DNA from: Myxococcota bacterium
GTDB taxonomy: Bacteria > Myxococcota_A > UBA9042 > PHBI01 > JAWLBL01
Length of the DNA: 64,000 nt
Reading direction: 5' to 3'
Assembly (NCBI GenBank): GCA_041687695.1
Contig: JAWLBL010000002.1
Coordinates: 262,761-326,760, forward strand
Of this stretch, positions 17,684 to 28,800 are shown in pieces (position 1 is the stretch's first letter; each line of letters opens with the position of its first letter). The position numbers were made by a program, and so were the translations under genes. The notes beneath the pieces were generated by a model. The model searched no databases and had not been told where the DNA came from. It worked only from the letters and a program-made list of their open reading frames with translations.

Positions 17684-19123
17684 ATGAGCGACACTGACCA
17701 GGCTGGGACCAGCCAGCGGCCCGACGTCCGCGTCGAGCGCGACACCATGGGCGAGGTCGAGGTCCCCGGCTGGGCCTACTGGGGCGCCCAGACGCAGCGG
17801 GCGGTCCAGAACTTCTCGGTCTCGGAGCTGCGCATCCCGCCGCCGCTCATCCGCGCGCTGGGCCTCGTCAAGCGGTTCGCCGCCCAGGCCAACGGCGAGC
17901 TGGGGCTGCTGCCGGCGCCGCTGGCCGCGGCCATCGCCGACGCCGCGACCGAGGTCGCCGAGGGCCGCTGGGACGACCACTTCCCGGTCGACGTCTTCCA
18001 GACCGGGTCGGGCACCTCGTGGAACATGAACGCCAACGAGGTCGTCGCCGCCCGCGCCGCCGAGCTGCTCGCCGAGCGCCTGGGCGAGGCGCCGCGCGTC
18101 CACCCCAACGACCACGTCAACCGGGGCCAGTCGTCCAACGACGTCATCCCGACGGCCATCCACCTCGCCGTGCGCATGGAGGCGGGCGACCTCACGGGGG
18201 CGCTCCAGGCCCTGCGCCGCGCCTTCGAGGACAAGGCGGTGGAACTCGACGACGTCGTGCGCATCGGCCGCACGCACCTGCAGGACGCCGTGCCGGTGAC
18301 GCTGGGGCAGACGCTGCGCGCGTACGCGACCCAGGTCCGCAAAGGCGCCGAGCGGGTCGAGGCGACCTTCGCCCGGCTCGAGGAGCTGGCGCTGGGTGGC
18401 ACCGCGCTCGGCACGGGCGTCAACGCCCACCCGGAGCTGGCGCCGCGGGTCATCGCGCGGCTGGCCCGGCACCTGGGGGTCCCGTTCCGTCCGGCCGACG
18501 ACCGCTTCGAAGCCATCAGCGCCCGCGACGCCTCGGTCGAGCTGATGGGCGCCCTCAACACGGTCGCCGTCTCGCTGATGAAGATCGCCAACGATCTCCG
18601 CCTGATGTCGAGCGGCCCGCGCGCCGGGCTGGGCGAGCTGACGCTGCCCGCGCTCCAGCCGGGCAGCTCGATCATGCCGGGCAAGGTCAACCCGGTGATC
18701 CCCGAGATGGTGGTCCAGGCCTGCGCCTTCGTCATGGGCAAGCACCTGAGCGTCACCATCGCCGGGCAGAACGCGCCGCTCGAGCTCAACATCATGATGC
18801 CGCTCATCGCCCACGAGACGCTCGCCGCGGTGTCGCTCCTGGCCAACGTGAGCCGCGCCTTCGCCGAGCGGTGCGTCGCCGGGCTCGACGCCAACCGCGA
18901 GCGCTGCGCCGAGCTGATCGCCTGGAGCCTGGCCATGGTCACGCCGCTGGCCACCCGCATCGGTTACGACCGGGCGGCGCGCATCGCCTACCGCGCCTCG
19001 GCCGAGCGGCGCACCGTCCGCGACGTCGCCCTCGAGGAGGGCGTGATGACGGCCGCCGAGCTGGACACCGTGCTCGATCCGATGCGCCTCGCCCGGCCTG
19101 GCGACGGCGGGCAAGCCACTTGA
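17684..19123 (+). CDS. fumC: Class II fumarate hydratase
   Basis: AGGAGG RBS; ERDTMG, QTGSGTS, GRTHLQDA and GSSIMPGKVNP. Confidence 0.92.
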   Translation: MSDTDQAGTSQRPDVRVERDTMGEVEVPGWAYWGAQTQRAVQNFSVSELRIPPPLIRALGLVKRFAAQANGELGLLPAPLAAAIADAATEVAEGRWDDHFPVDVFQTGSGTSWNMNANEVVAARAAELLAERLGEAPRVHPNDHVNRGQSSNDVIPTAIHLAVRMEAGDLTGALQALRRAFEDKAVELDDVVRIGRTHLQDAVPVTLGQTLRAYATQVRKGAERVEATFARLEELALGGTALGTGVNAHPELAPRVIARLARHLGVPFRPADDRFEAISARDASVELMGALNTVAVSLMKIANDLRLMSSGPRAGLGELTLPALQPGSSIMPGKVNPVIPEMVVQACAFVMGKHLSVTIAGQNAPLELNIMMPLIAHETLAAVSLLANVSRAFAERCVAGLDANRERCAELIAWSLAMVTPLATRIGYDRAARIAYRASAERRTVRDVALEEGVMTAAELDTVLDPMRLARPGDGGQAT

Positions 19124-19149
19124 CGCCCGGGTGACGGCCGCCCTAGGTT
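19120..19149 (+). promoter_or_regulatory. Putative sigma70-type promoter
   Basis: TTGACG-18 bp-TAGGTT upstream of the GAGGAG RBS of 19180. Confidence 0.55.
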
Positions 19150-19179
19150 CCGCGCTTCCTTGAATCGAGGAGCCGGAAC

Positions 19180-19674
19180 ATGAAGCGCTTCGTGATGGCC
19201 TTGACGGGTCTTTCGCTGCTGGCCGCGGCCCCGCTGGGCGCGGGGTGCAGCAAGTCCGAGGGTGGCGCCGAGGGTGGCGCCGAGGGTGGCGCCGCGGCGC
19301 CGGCCGACGACGTGAAGTGGCCCGCGCAGCCCGCTTCCGGCGCGCCCGTCGCGCTCGAGATGGTGCAGCTGACCGGCGAGGGCGACCGCCGCGCCGCCGA
19401 GATGCGCGTCTTCAACTTCAGCGACAAGGCCGTCACGCGCGTCGACCTGACCCTGCAGTACCGCGACGGGTCGGGGGAGCTGGTCAAGGACTTCCCGTGG
19501 GGTCAGCAGGCCTCGCCCAACCTGGTCGACGCCAAGGGCCACAAGACGGCCGAGATGGGCGCCTTCCTGCCGCCCGAGACCGCGCGAGTCACCGCGGACG
19601 TGCGCAAGGTGACCTTCGCCGACGGGACGACCTGGGAGGCCCCGGAGGCCCCGGCGCCGACGGGCGCGCCCTGA
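19180..19674 (+). CDS. Hypothetical lipoprotein, probable Ig-like beta-sandwich
   Basis: GAGGAG RBS; lipobox GAGC. Confidence 0.85.
   Translation: MKRFVMALTGLSLLAAAPLGAGCSKSEGGAEGGAEGGAAAPADDVKWPAQPASGAPVALEMVQLTGEGDRRAAEMRVFNFSDKAVTRVDLTLQYRDGSGELVKDFPWGQQASPNLVDAKGHKTAEMGAFLPPETARVTADVRKVTFADGTTWEAPEAPAPTGAP
19258..19293 (+). repeat. 12-bp perfect tandem repeat x3 (EGGA linker)
   Basis: GAGGGTGGCGCC three times. Confidence 0.9.
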
Positions 19675-19687
19675 TCTGAATGCGACG

Positions 19688-19719
19688 CTCGGGCCGCGGC
19701 GCCCCGCGCGCGGCCCGAG
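19688..19719. terminator. GC-rich hairpin after the lipoprotein gene (possible terminator, no U-tract)
   Basis: CTCGGGCCGCG...CGCGGCCCGAG perfect 11-bp inverted repeat. Confidence 0.4.
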
Positions 19720-19830
19720 GCTCGTTCCGTATACGAGCTCGCGGGGAGGGGTTTCACCGGCCCGTCCGCCGCACTATCATGCGGCGCGTCTCGGGGTGTT
19801 GCCCACCGCGTGTGGGGCAGGGGGAAAACG

Positions 19831-22800
19831 ATGCTGCGTCGTAGCCAGGGTTCGAACCGTCCGCTGTGGGTGGACGGGGCGCTCAGATTTGGTCTCGCGT
19901 GTCTCGTCGCTGGCGCCGTGCTGGCGCAGCCGTGGCAGGCGCTGGCCGAATGCGGCGACTCGGTCGTCGACGACGGCGAGGACTGCGACGGCGGCGGCGT
20001 CGACACGGTCGACTGCAACGCGGACTGCACGGCCGTGTCTTGCGGCGACGGCTACACCAACACCGAGGCCGGCGAGGCCTGCGACGACGGCGGCGTCGAC
20101 ACCGCCGGCTGCAACGCGGACTGCACGGCCGTGTCTTGCGGCGACGGCTACACGAACACCGCGGCGGGCGAGGCCTGCGACGACGGCGGCGTCGACACCG
20201 CCGGCTGCAACGCGGACTGCACGGCCGTGTCGTGCGGCGACGGCTACACGAACACCGCGGCGGGCGAGGACTGCGACGACGGCGGCGTCGACACCGCCGG
20301 CTGCAACGCGGACTGCACGGCCGCCAGCTGCGGCGACGGCTACACGAACACCGAGGCGGGCGAGGCCTGCGACGACGGCGGCGACACCGCCGCGTGCAAC
20401 GGCGACTGCACGCTGCCCGAGTGCGGGGACGGGTATTGGAACGAGGCCGCGGGCGAGGGCTGCGACGATGGCGCCGAGACGGCCAGCTGCAACGCGGACT
20501 GCACGGTCGCCGAGTGCGGCGACGGCCTTGTGAACGCCGAGGCCGGAGAGACCTGCGACGACGGCAACGCCGGTGGCGGCGACGGGTGCTCGGACGCGTG
20601 CGTGGCCGAGACGGGCTTCGAGTGCCCGACGCCCGGCGAGGCGTGCACGTCCATCTGCGGTGACGGAGTGGTCGTGACCGGCGAGGCCTGCGACGACGGC
20701 GTGGGCAACGGCACGGGCGAGGGCAAGTGCCTGAGCGACTGCTCGGGCGTGCAGACCTGCGGCGACGGCAAGCTCGAGGGCACCGAGGCGTGCGAGACGT
20801 CGGGCGACTCGGCCGGGTGCAACGCGGACTGCACCCTGCCGGCCTGCGGCGACGGTCACCTCAACCTGGCGGCGGGCGAGGTCTGCGACGACGGCAACAC
20901 GGTCGGCGGCGACGGCTGCCGCGCGGACTGCCTGGGCGAGGAGGAGTGCGGCGACGGCCTGGTCGACGTGGGCGAGGCCTGCGACGACGGGGGCACCAGC
21001 GGCGGCGACGGCTGCACGGGGAGCTGCCAGCTCGAGGCGGGCTACACCTGCGACGGCGCGCCGACCGTGTGCGTGGCGTCGTGCGGCGTCGACTACGGCT
21101 TCGACGGCGGCGACCACAACTGGGTCGTCGGCGGGAGCGCGGCGGGCGCCTTCGAGTACGGCGCGAGCACCTTCCCAGGGGTGGCCGGGGGCGGGGTCGG
21201 CTTCGAGACGGCCCTGAACGCGGACCTGCCGGCGGGCGCGGTGGACACGTGGGTGCGCGGCCAGGTGCGCGTGCCGGCGGCGAGCAACGCGACCAAGACC
21301 GAGCTGGTCCTGAGCTACGCGCTCGAGGGCAACGGCGCCGACGGCTGCGTGACGGTCTACGTGAACGACGACGGCTCGACCGCCTCGGGGCAGGTCCATC
21401 AGGACTGCGCGACCAGCGCCGGGACCGTCGAGGCGGTGGTCGACCTCAGCGCCCACGCGGGCACCAGCCGCTTCATCGTGGTGCGCTTCCAGGCCAGCGA
21501 CTCCGAGGGCTTCGCCGGCCTGTTCCTGGACCGGGTCGCGGTGCGCGCGGACGAGGACGGCGACGGCGTGTGGGAGTTCGAGCCGCAGGCCGCCTGCGAC
21601 AAGTGCGTCGACAAGGACGACGACGGCTACGGGCACGCCAGCAGCCACGACCTGGCCAGCTGCTCCGCGGGGGCGACCGCCGACTGCAACGACGCGGTGG
21701 CGGCGATCCATCCGGGCGCGACGGAGATCTGCGACAACACGGCCGACGACGACTGTGACGGCCAGGTCGACCTGGCGGACGCCAACTGCAAGGAGGACTG
21801 CACCAACGGCGTGGACGACGGCGGCAACGGCCTCGTCGACTGCCAGGACGTCTTCTGCGCGGCCGACGCCTTCTGCGACCCCTGCCAGCGCGAGTGGACG
21901 TTCACGACCGGCCCCGGCAAGTGGACCAGCGACAACGCGACCCTGTGGCAGTACCTGCCGACGTACAGCGGCGACGGCCCGAACGATGGCGTCTGGAAGA
22001 CCGGCGGAACCGAGACGGTGCGCGACGCCTTCGGCGGCAACGGCACCTACACGGGGCGGGTGAACCTGCAGCTCGAGGTGCCCGCCATCGCCGAGGGCGG
22101 CCCCAAGCCGACCCTGGTCGTGCGCTTCCGCCACCAGGGCGACTCGGGCAACAACACCGACGTCTTCGGCGTGTGCATCAACCACGCGACCTGCACCTTC
22201 AACAGCACCAGCGTCGTCTACAAGCGCGCGACCCCCACCGGCGGCAGCTACATCAACTCGGACCCCATCGATCTGAGCGCCTACATCGGCCAGACCATCA
22301 CGCTGTCGCTGCTGTACGACACGGTCAACTCGAACCAGAACGACAACCACGGCGTCACGGTCAGCGCGGTGCGCCTGTTCTCGGACGCCGACGGCGACGA
22401 GCTGTTCGAGGGCCCCGACGTCGCCTGCGACCCCTGCTGGGACGTGGACGCCGACGGCTACGGCCACCCGCTCAGCCCGGATCTGGCCGCCTGTCCCTTC
22501 GTGCAGCCCGACTGCGACGACGGCGTGCTGGCCATCAACCCGGGCGCGACCGAGGTCTGTAACACCCCCGAGGACGACGACTGCGACGGCCTCGTCAACG
22601 GCTTCGACGACGACTGCGGCGTCGAGGACTGCGCCAACGGCAGCGACGACAACGGCGACGGCCTGGTGGACTGCGCCGACCCGGTCTGCGCCGGCGACCC
22701 CTGGTGCGCCATCTGCGGCCGCGAGTTCACCTTCACGACCGGCGGGGGCGGCTGGGTGGCCTCGGACAACGACCCGGACGCGAACGCCGGGACGCAGGTC

Positions 22801-25800
22801 TTCCAGTGGGGCACCAACACGGCCGAGGCGGACGCCGGCTGGGAGACCATGCTCAACGCCAACGTCTCCACGGCCGGCAGCGGGCGCGTCCTGGCCCACC
22901 TGGCGCGCAGCGTCTTCGTGCCGACGACCATGCCGGCCCCGGCCCTCGAGATCACCTACCGCCTGACCGGCGAGCCCAACGTCGCCAAGGACATCTTCGG
23001 CGTCTGCCTCGACAAGACGACCAGCCAGTGCGACGCGACCCAGGCCGCCAACGTGGCCTTCCAGACGGGCACCAACACCCCGGTCGGGCCGACGCTTTCT
23101 AAGGCCATCGTGCCCATCCCCGACGCGCGCAAGGGCAGCACCCTGGGCATCGTCCTGTTCTACGACACGCTCGACGGCTCGCAGAACGCCACGCCGGGCG
23201 TGTTCATCGCCTCGGTCACGCTGCGCAGCGACATGGACGGCGACGGCCACTTTGAAAACGCGGACGCCAGCTGCGACCACTGCCTCGACGCGGACGGCGA
23301 CGGCTACGGGGACGCCTCCAACCCCTTCAACGATCTCAACGCCTGCCCGTTCGCCATCGCCGACTGCGACGACGCCGACCCCGACACCCACCCGGGCCAC
23401 GCGCAAGAGGTGTGCGGCGATCCGCTCGGCAAGGACAACGACTGCAACGGCAAGGCCGACCTCGAGGAGACCGTCTGCTCGAGCTGCGGCAACGGCATCG
23501 TCGAGGCGGGCGAGACCTGCGACGACGGGCCGGGCGGCGCCCAGGACGTCGACGGCGACGGCTGCTCGACCACCTGCCAGACCGAGCCGGGCGCCATCTA
23601 CATCACCGAGATCCACGTGCCCAAGCCGGGCGGCAACCCGGGCGAGCAGTGGATCGAGATCTACAACTCGTCGCCGGGCCCGATCGACCTGGTCTCGCTC
23701 GATCTCCGCATCAAGAACCTGGTCGGCGTGACGCAGTCCTTCGTGAACGACTGCACGCCCATCACCTCGACCGTCATCGCGGGCACCAGCTTCTACGTCA
23801 TCGGCTTCGGGCCGGCCCAGGCCTCCGACGGTCTGGGCCCGGACGCGACCTGCTCGAGCCTGCTGCAGCTGTCCGAAGGCGGAGACCGCGTCGAGATCAG
23901 CGCGGCCGGCACGGTCGTCCTCGACGTGGTCGACTACTCGAGCTTCGGCTGCCACCTCGGCAACATGGTGACCGACGGCGTCGGCCGGTCGTTCGTCCTG
24001 ACCAACGCCACCGGCCGGTCGAACGCCACCAACGACTCGCCCAGCGTGTGGTGCCTCGCCGGCCCGACCGAGGACTACTCCGCGTCCGGCAAGCACCGCG
24101 GCTCGCCCAAGACGGTCGGGGGCTGCGCCGAGTTCGCCTGCGACGGCGTGGACGACGACTGCGACGCGACGACCGACGAGGCGCTGCCCGACGACGACGG
24201 CGACGGCGTGTGCAACCAGCAGGACTGCGCGCCGGCCAACGACAAGTGCGCCACGGACTGCTCGGACATCGATCTCGACGGGCTGCTCGACTGCGTCGAC
24301 GCGTGCATCGACGGCGACGGCGACGGCTACGGCGTCAGCTACCCCGAGCGCGGCGCCGGCGTGTGCCTGGGCACCGACTGCCGCGACGACAACGCCTTCG
24401 TCTTCCCCGGCGCGCCCGAGGCGACCGGGTCCGAGTTCAGCTGCGTCGACGGCATCGACAACGACTGCGACGGCCTCGTCGACTGCTCGGACACGGGCTG
24501 CTTCGACGAGCCGGCCTGCGCGGGCGAGATCTGCCAGGCGGCGGTCGACGTGGTCTGCGGCCAGAAGCTGCAGGTCCAGCCGGTGTTCAACGACTTCCCC
24601 TGCGGCTTCGGGGCCGACTACGTGCTGCGCTTCGTCGCGCCCAAGAGCGAGCAGGTCGTCTTCAAGCTCAACAACCTGGGTAAGCGCCAGTACGGCATGT
24701 CGGTCTTCGCCGACGGCTGCACCAACGGCCAGTGCTCGGGCAGCCTGCTGACCTTCGGCTCCGGCTGCACCAACGGCGGCAGCGACGCCATCAACGCGGT
24801 CGAGGGGACCGAGTACTTCCTGGTGGTCGACGAGGTCGACACCTGCAGCCAGGGCGCCAGCACGGCGGTCGAGGTCACCGTGTCGTGCCAGGAGATCTGC
24901 GACTCCGGCGTCGACGAGGACGCCGACGGCTTCACCGACTGCGCCGACTCGCAGTGCGTGGGCGCGGCCAGCTGCGCCGGCGCCGACTACGACAAGGACG
25001 GCGTGTCCAACGCCGACGAGATCACCTGCGGCTCCGACCCGCTCAACAACCTGTCCAAGCCGACGCCGGACGACCTGCTCGACGTCGACCAGGACCAGGT
25101 CCTCAACTGCGTCGACCCCGACGACGACGGCGACGGCTTCTCGGACGCGGTCGAGGCCTCGCAGTGCCTGCTCAACCCCACGGCCAAGAACGACGCGACC
25201 ATCTACCCGGGCGCTCCAGAGACGCTCGACAGCTGCTCCAAGCCCAACCTCGACAACGACTGCAACGGCTACTACGACGCCACCGAGGCCAAGTGCGGCG
25301 CCAAGGAGACGAGCTGCGCCAACTTCATCGACGACGACGGTGACGGCCTGACCGACTGCGCGGACACGGACTGCGTGCCCAGCGTCGGCTGCTTCGACGT
25401 CGACTACGACGGCGACGGCGTCAGCAACGGCTTCGAGATCTACTGCAAGACCGACCCGGTCGACCCCAACAAGAAGCCCTCGGCCCAGGCCGCGTCCGAC
25501 ACCGACGGCGACGGCGTCCCCAACTGCGCCGACCTCGACGACGACGGCGACGACTTCTCGGACGTGGAAGAGCTGCTGTGCGGCAGTAACCCCCTCGACC
25601 CGAACTCGATCCCCGCCGACAACGACCAGGACGGCCAGTGCGACGCGGCCGACCCGGACGACGACAACGACGGCTTCCCCGACAGCATCGAGCAGGTCTG
25701 CAAGAGCGACAGCCTCGACCCGCTGTCGACGCCGCTCGACCCCGTCCACGACATCGATCAGGACGGCATCTGCAACGAGCAGGACACCGACGCCGACGGG

Positions 25801-28800
25801 GACGGCTGGACCAACAACATGGAGGCCGTCTGCGGGACCGATCCCCTGTCGGGCGCGTCGAACCCGGTCGCCAACGGCCTCGACGTCGACGGCGACGGGC
25901 TGTGTGACGCGCTCGACACCGACGACGACGGCGACGGCTGGTCGGATGAGAAGGAGATCCTGTGCGGCACCGACAAGAACAACGCCGACAGCGTGCCCAT
26001 CGACGCCAACGGTGACGGGATCTGCGACGTGCTCGACCAGGACGCCGACGGCGACGGGTGGAGCAACGCCGAGGAGGCGCTGTGCGGCACCGACCCGCTC
26101 GACGCCGGCAGCAACCCGACCGCCAACGGCCTGGACATGGACGGCGACAAGCTGTGCGACGAGGTCGACACCGACGACGACGGCGACGGCTGGTCGGACG
26201 TGCTCGAGGGCCAGTGCGAGAAGGACCCGAAGGACCCGCTCAGCGTGCCCGTCGACACCGACGGCGACGGTATCTGCAACACGCTCGACAACGACGACGA
26301 CAACGACGGCTGGCTCGACCCGATGGAGCTGCTGTGCGGCACCGATCCGCTCGCCGTCGACGACTTCCCGACGGACACCGACGGCGACGGCGTGTGCGAC
26401 ATGGTGGACGCCGACGCCGACCCCGACGGCGACGGCTGGGACACGGCGACCGAGACCTTCTGCGGGACCGACCCCAAGGACGCGGCCAGCACGCCGGTCG
26501 ACACCGACGGGGACGGGCTGTGTGACGCCAAGGACACCGACATCGACGACGACGGCTGGAGCAACGACGCCGAGGTCCAGTGCGGCACCGACCCGATGCT
26601 GGCCTCGGACGTGCCGGTCGACACGGACGGCGACTCGATCTGCGACGCCGTCGACACCGACGACGACGGCGACGGCATGCAGGACGCCGACGAGCTGCTG
26701 TGCGGCACCGACCCGCTCGACAAGAGCGTCAAGCCGCTCGAGATCGATCTGGTCGACACCGACGGCGACGGCCTGGCCAACTGCGTCGACGGCGACGACG
26801 ACGGCGACGGCCTGCCGGACGTGGCCGAGCAGGCCATCGGCTCGAGCCAGTACATCAAGGACAGCGACGGCGACGGGCTGCTCGACGGCGCCGAGGACGC
26901 CAACCAGAACGGCGTGGTCGACGAGGGCGAGACCTCGCCCGTCCTCAAGGACACGGACAGCGACGGGCTGGACGACGGCCTCGAGGCCGCCAGCTGCTAC
27001 GCCGGGGTCGGCGACGCCCCCTGCGCGCCCAGCCTGGGCTGGGTCGCGGACACGGACGGCGACGGCCTGAGCGACGGGCAGGAGGACAAGAACCGCAACG
27101 GCAAGACCGACCCGGGCGAGACGTCGCCGCTGGTGGCGGACACCGACGGCGACGGCGCCAGCGACGGCGAGGAGGTCCTGTGCGCGACCGACCCGCTCGA
27201 TCCCGAGAGCTTCCCGGTCGACAAGGACCAGAACGGGATCTGCGACGGCAGCGAGAAGGACACCGACGGCGACGGCATCGCCGACGGGGTCGAGGTCTTC
27301 TGCGGGACCGATCCCAAGGACCTGGACTCCGTGCCCAGCCTGACGGATCTCGACGACTTCGACGGCGACGGCGTCATCAACTGCGCCGACGGCGACGACG
27401 ACGACGACGGCGTGCCGGACACCGACGAGCTGATCTGCGGCTACGACCCGCGCGACGGGACGGACAAGCCGACCGCGGTCGAGATCGCGGACAAGGACGG
27501 CGACGGCCAGCTCAACTGCGTGGACACCGACGACGACGGCGACGGACTGAGCGACGCCAAGGAGGCCGAGCTGGGGACCGACCCGCTGGACATGGACACC
27601 GACGACGACGGCATCCCGGACGGCCAGGAGGTCACGCTGGGCACCGACCCGAAGAAGGCGGACACCGACGGCGACGGCCTGCAGGACGGGACCGAGTTCG
27701 GCCTGACCAGCGGCACGGTCGACACCGACCCCGACAAGTTCCAGCCGGACCTGGATCCGACCACCACCACCGATCCCAAGAAGGCGGACACCGACGGTGA
27801 CGGCCTCAAGGACGGCGAGGAGGACGCCAACGGCAACGGGCGCATCGACGACGGCGAGGGCGACCCGCTCGACCCGAGCGACGGCCTGGCCGACACCGAC
27901 GGCGACGGCCTCATCGACCGCGACGAGGTCCACAAGTGGAACACGGACCCGCAGAAGAAGGACACCGACGGCGACGGGCTCGACGACAAGCTCGAGGTGG
28001 ACGTGTACTTCACCGACCCGCTGGATCCCGACACCGACAAGGGTGGCGTGTACGACGGCATCGAGGTCGAAAACGGCACGGATCCGGCCGACGGCGAAGA
28101 CGACTTCGACACGGCGGTGCTCAGCGGTGACAACGTCTTCGGCTGCGGCGGCGGCCAGGGGGCGGGGCCGGGGACCTGGCTGCTGGTCCTGCTGGTCGGG
28201 CTGGGGCTGGCGCTGCGGCGCCGGACGCGGCGCGTGGCGGCGATCGCCCTGTTGGCGACGTCGGCGGCGACGGCGGGCCCGAGCGGCGAGGCGCTGGCCC
28301 AGGCGCCCGCGGTCGGCAACGTGAACATCCAGGCCTTCACGCCGGCGGGCGGCCGCTACCGCGTGTGGTCGGTCGAGGAGTCGATCGTCGGCCCGGCGTG
28401 GACGCCCTTCGGCAGCCTCATCTTCCACGGCGAGCACGACAGCCTGCGGCTGCGCGCCGGCCGGCACGAGGAGCGCCTGGTCGCCGCGCAGCAGGTGGCC
28501 GACCTCAACATCGGCCTAGGGCTGTTCGACGGCCTGCAGGCCGAGCTGAACATCCCCTTCGTCGTCAGCATGGAGAGCGACGAGGACACGACCTCGATCG
28601 CCCCCGTCAGCGGCGGGGGCCTGGCCGACATGGCGCTGCGCGTCCGCGGCCGCATCCTCAACAACCTGCTGGGCGGCTTCGGCCTGGGCCTGTCGGGCGG
28701 CGTGACCCTGCCGACAGGCGACGGCGCGTCCTTCCGCGGGGACCCGGGGGTCGGCGTCCTGGTCAACGCGATCGCGGACTATCGGACCCCGTCGGTGGTC

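Noticed and set aside
19984..20380. Regular repeats as a CRISPR array (also 59922-60078 and 34130-34195)
   Set aside because: They are contiguous tandem units without unique spacers, the first two are in-frame coding, and no cas genes are present.
19831..28233. Calling the giant N-terminal part TraA
   Set aside because: It is far larger than TraA and I cannot recognise the PA14-like variable domain; only the sorting tag and Cys-richness are shared.
19777..28467. 2896-aa antisense ORF and other long shadow ORFs (e.g. 498-5501, 2134-6684, 29924-33283, 60718-63273)
   Set aside because: Expected in very GC-rich DNA where stop codons are rare off-frame. Translations are Arg/Gly/Ala- or Val-rich without motifs and overlap well-supported genes.
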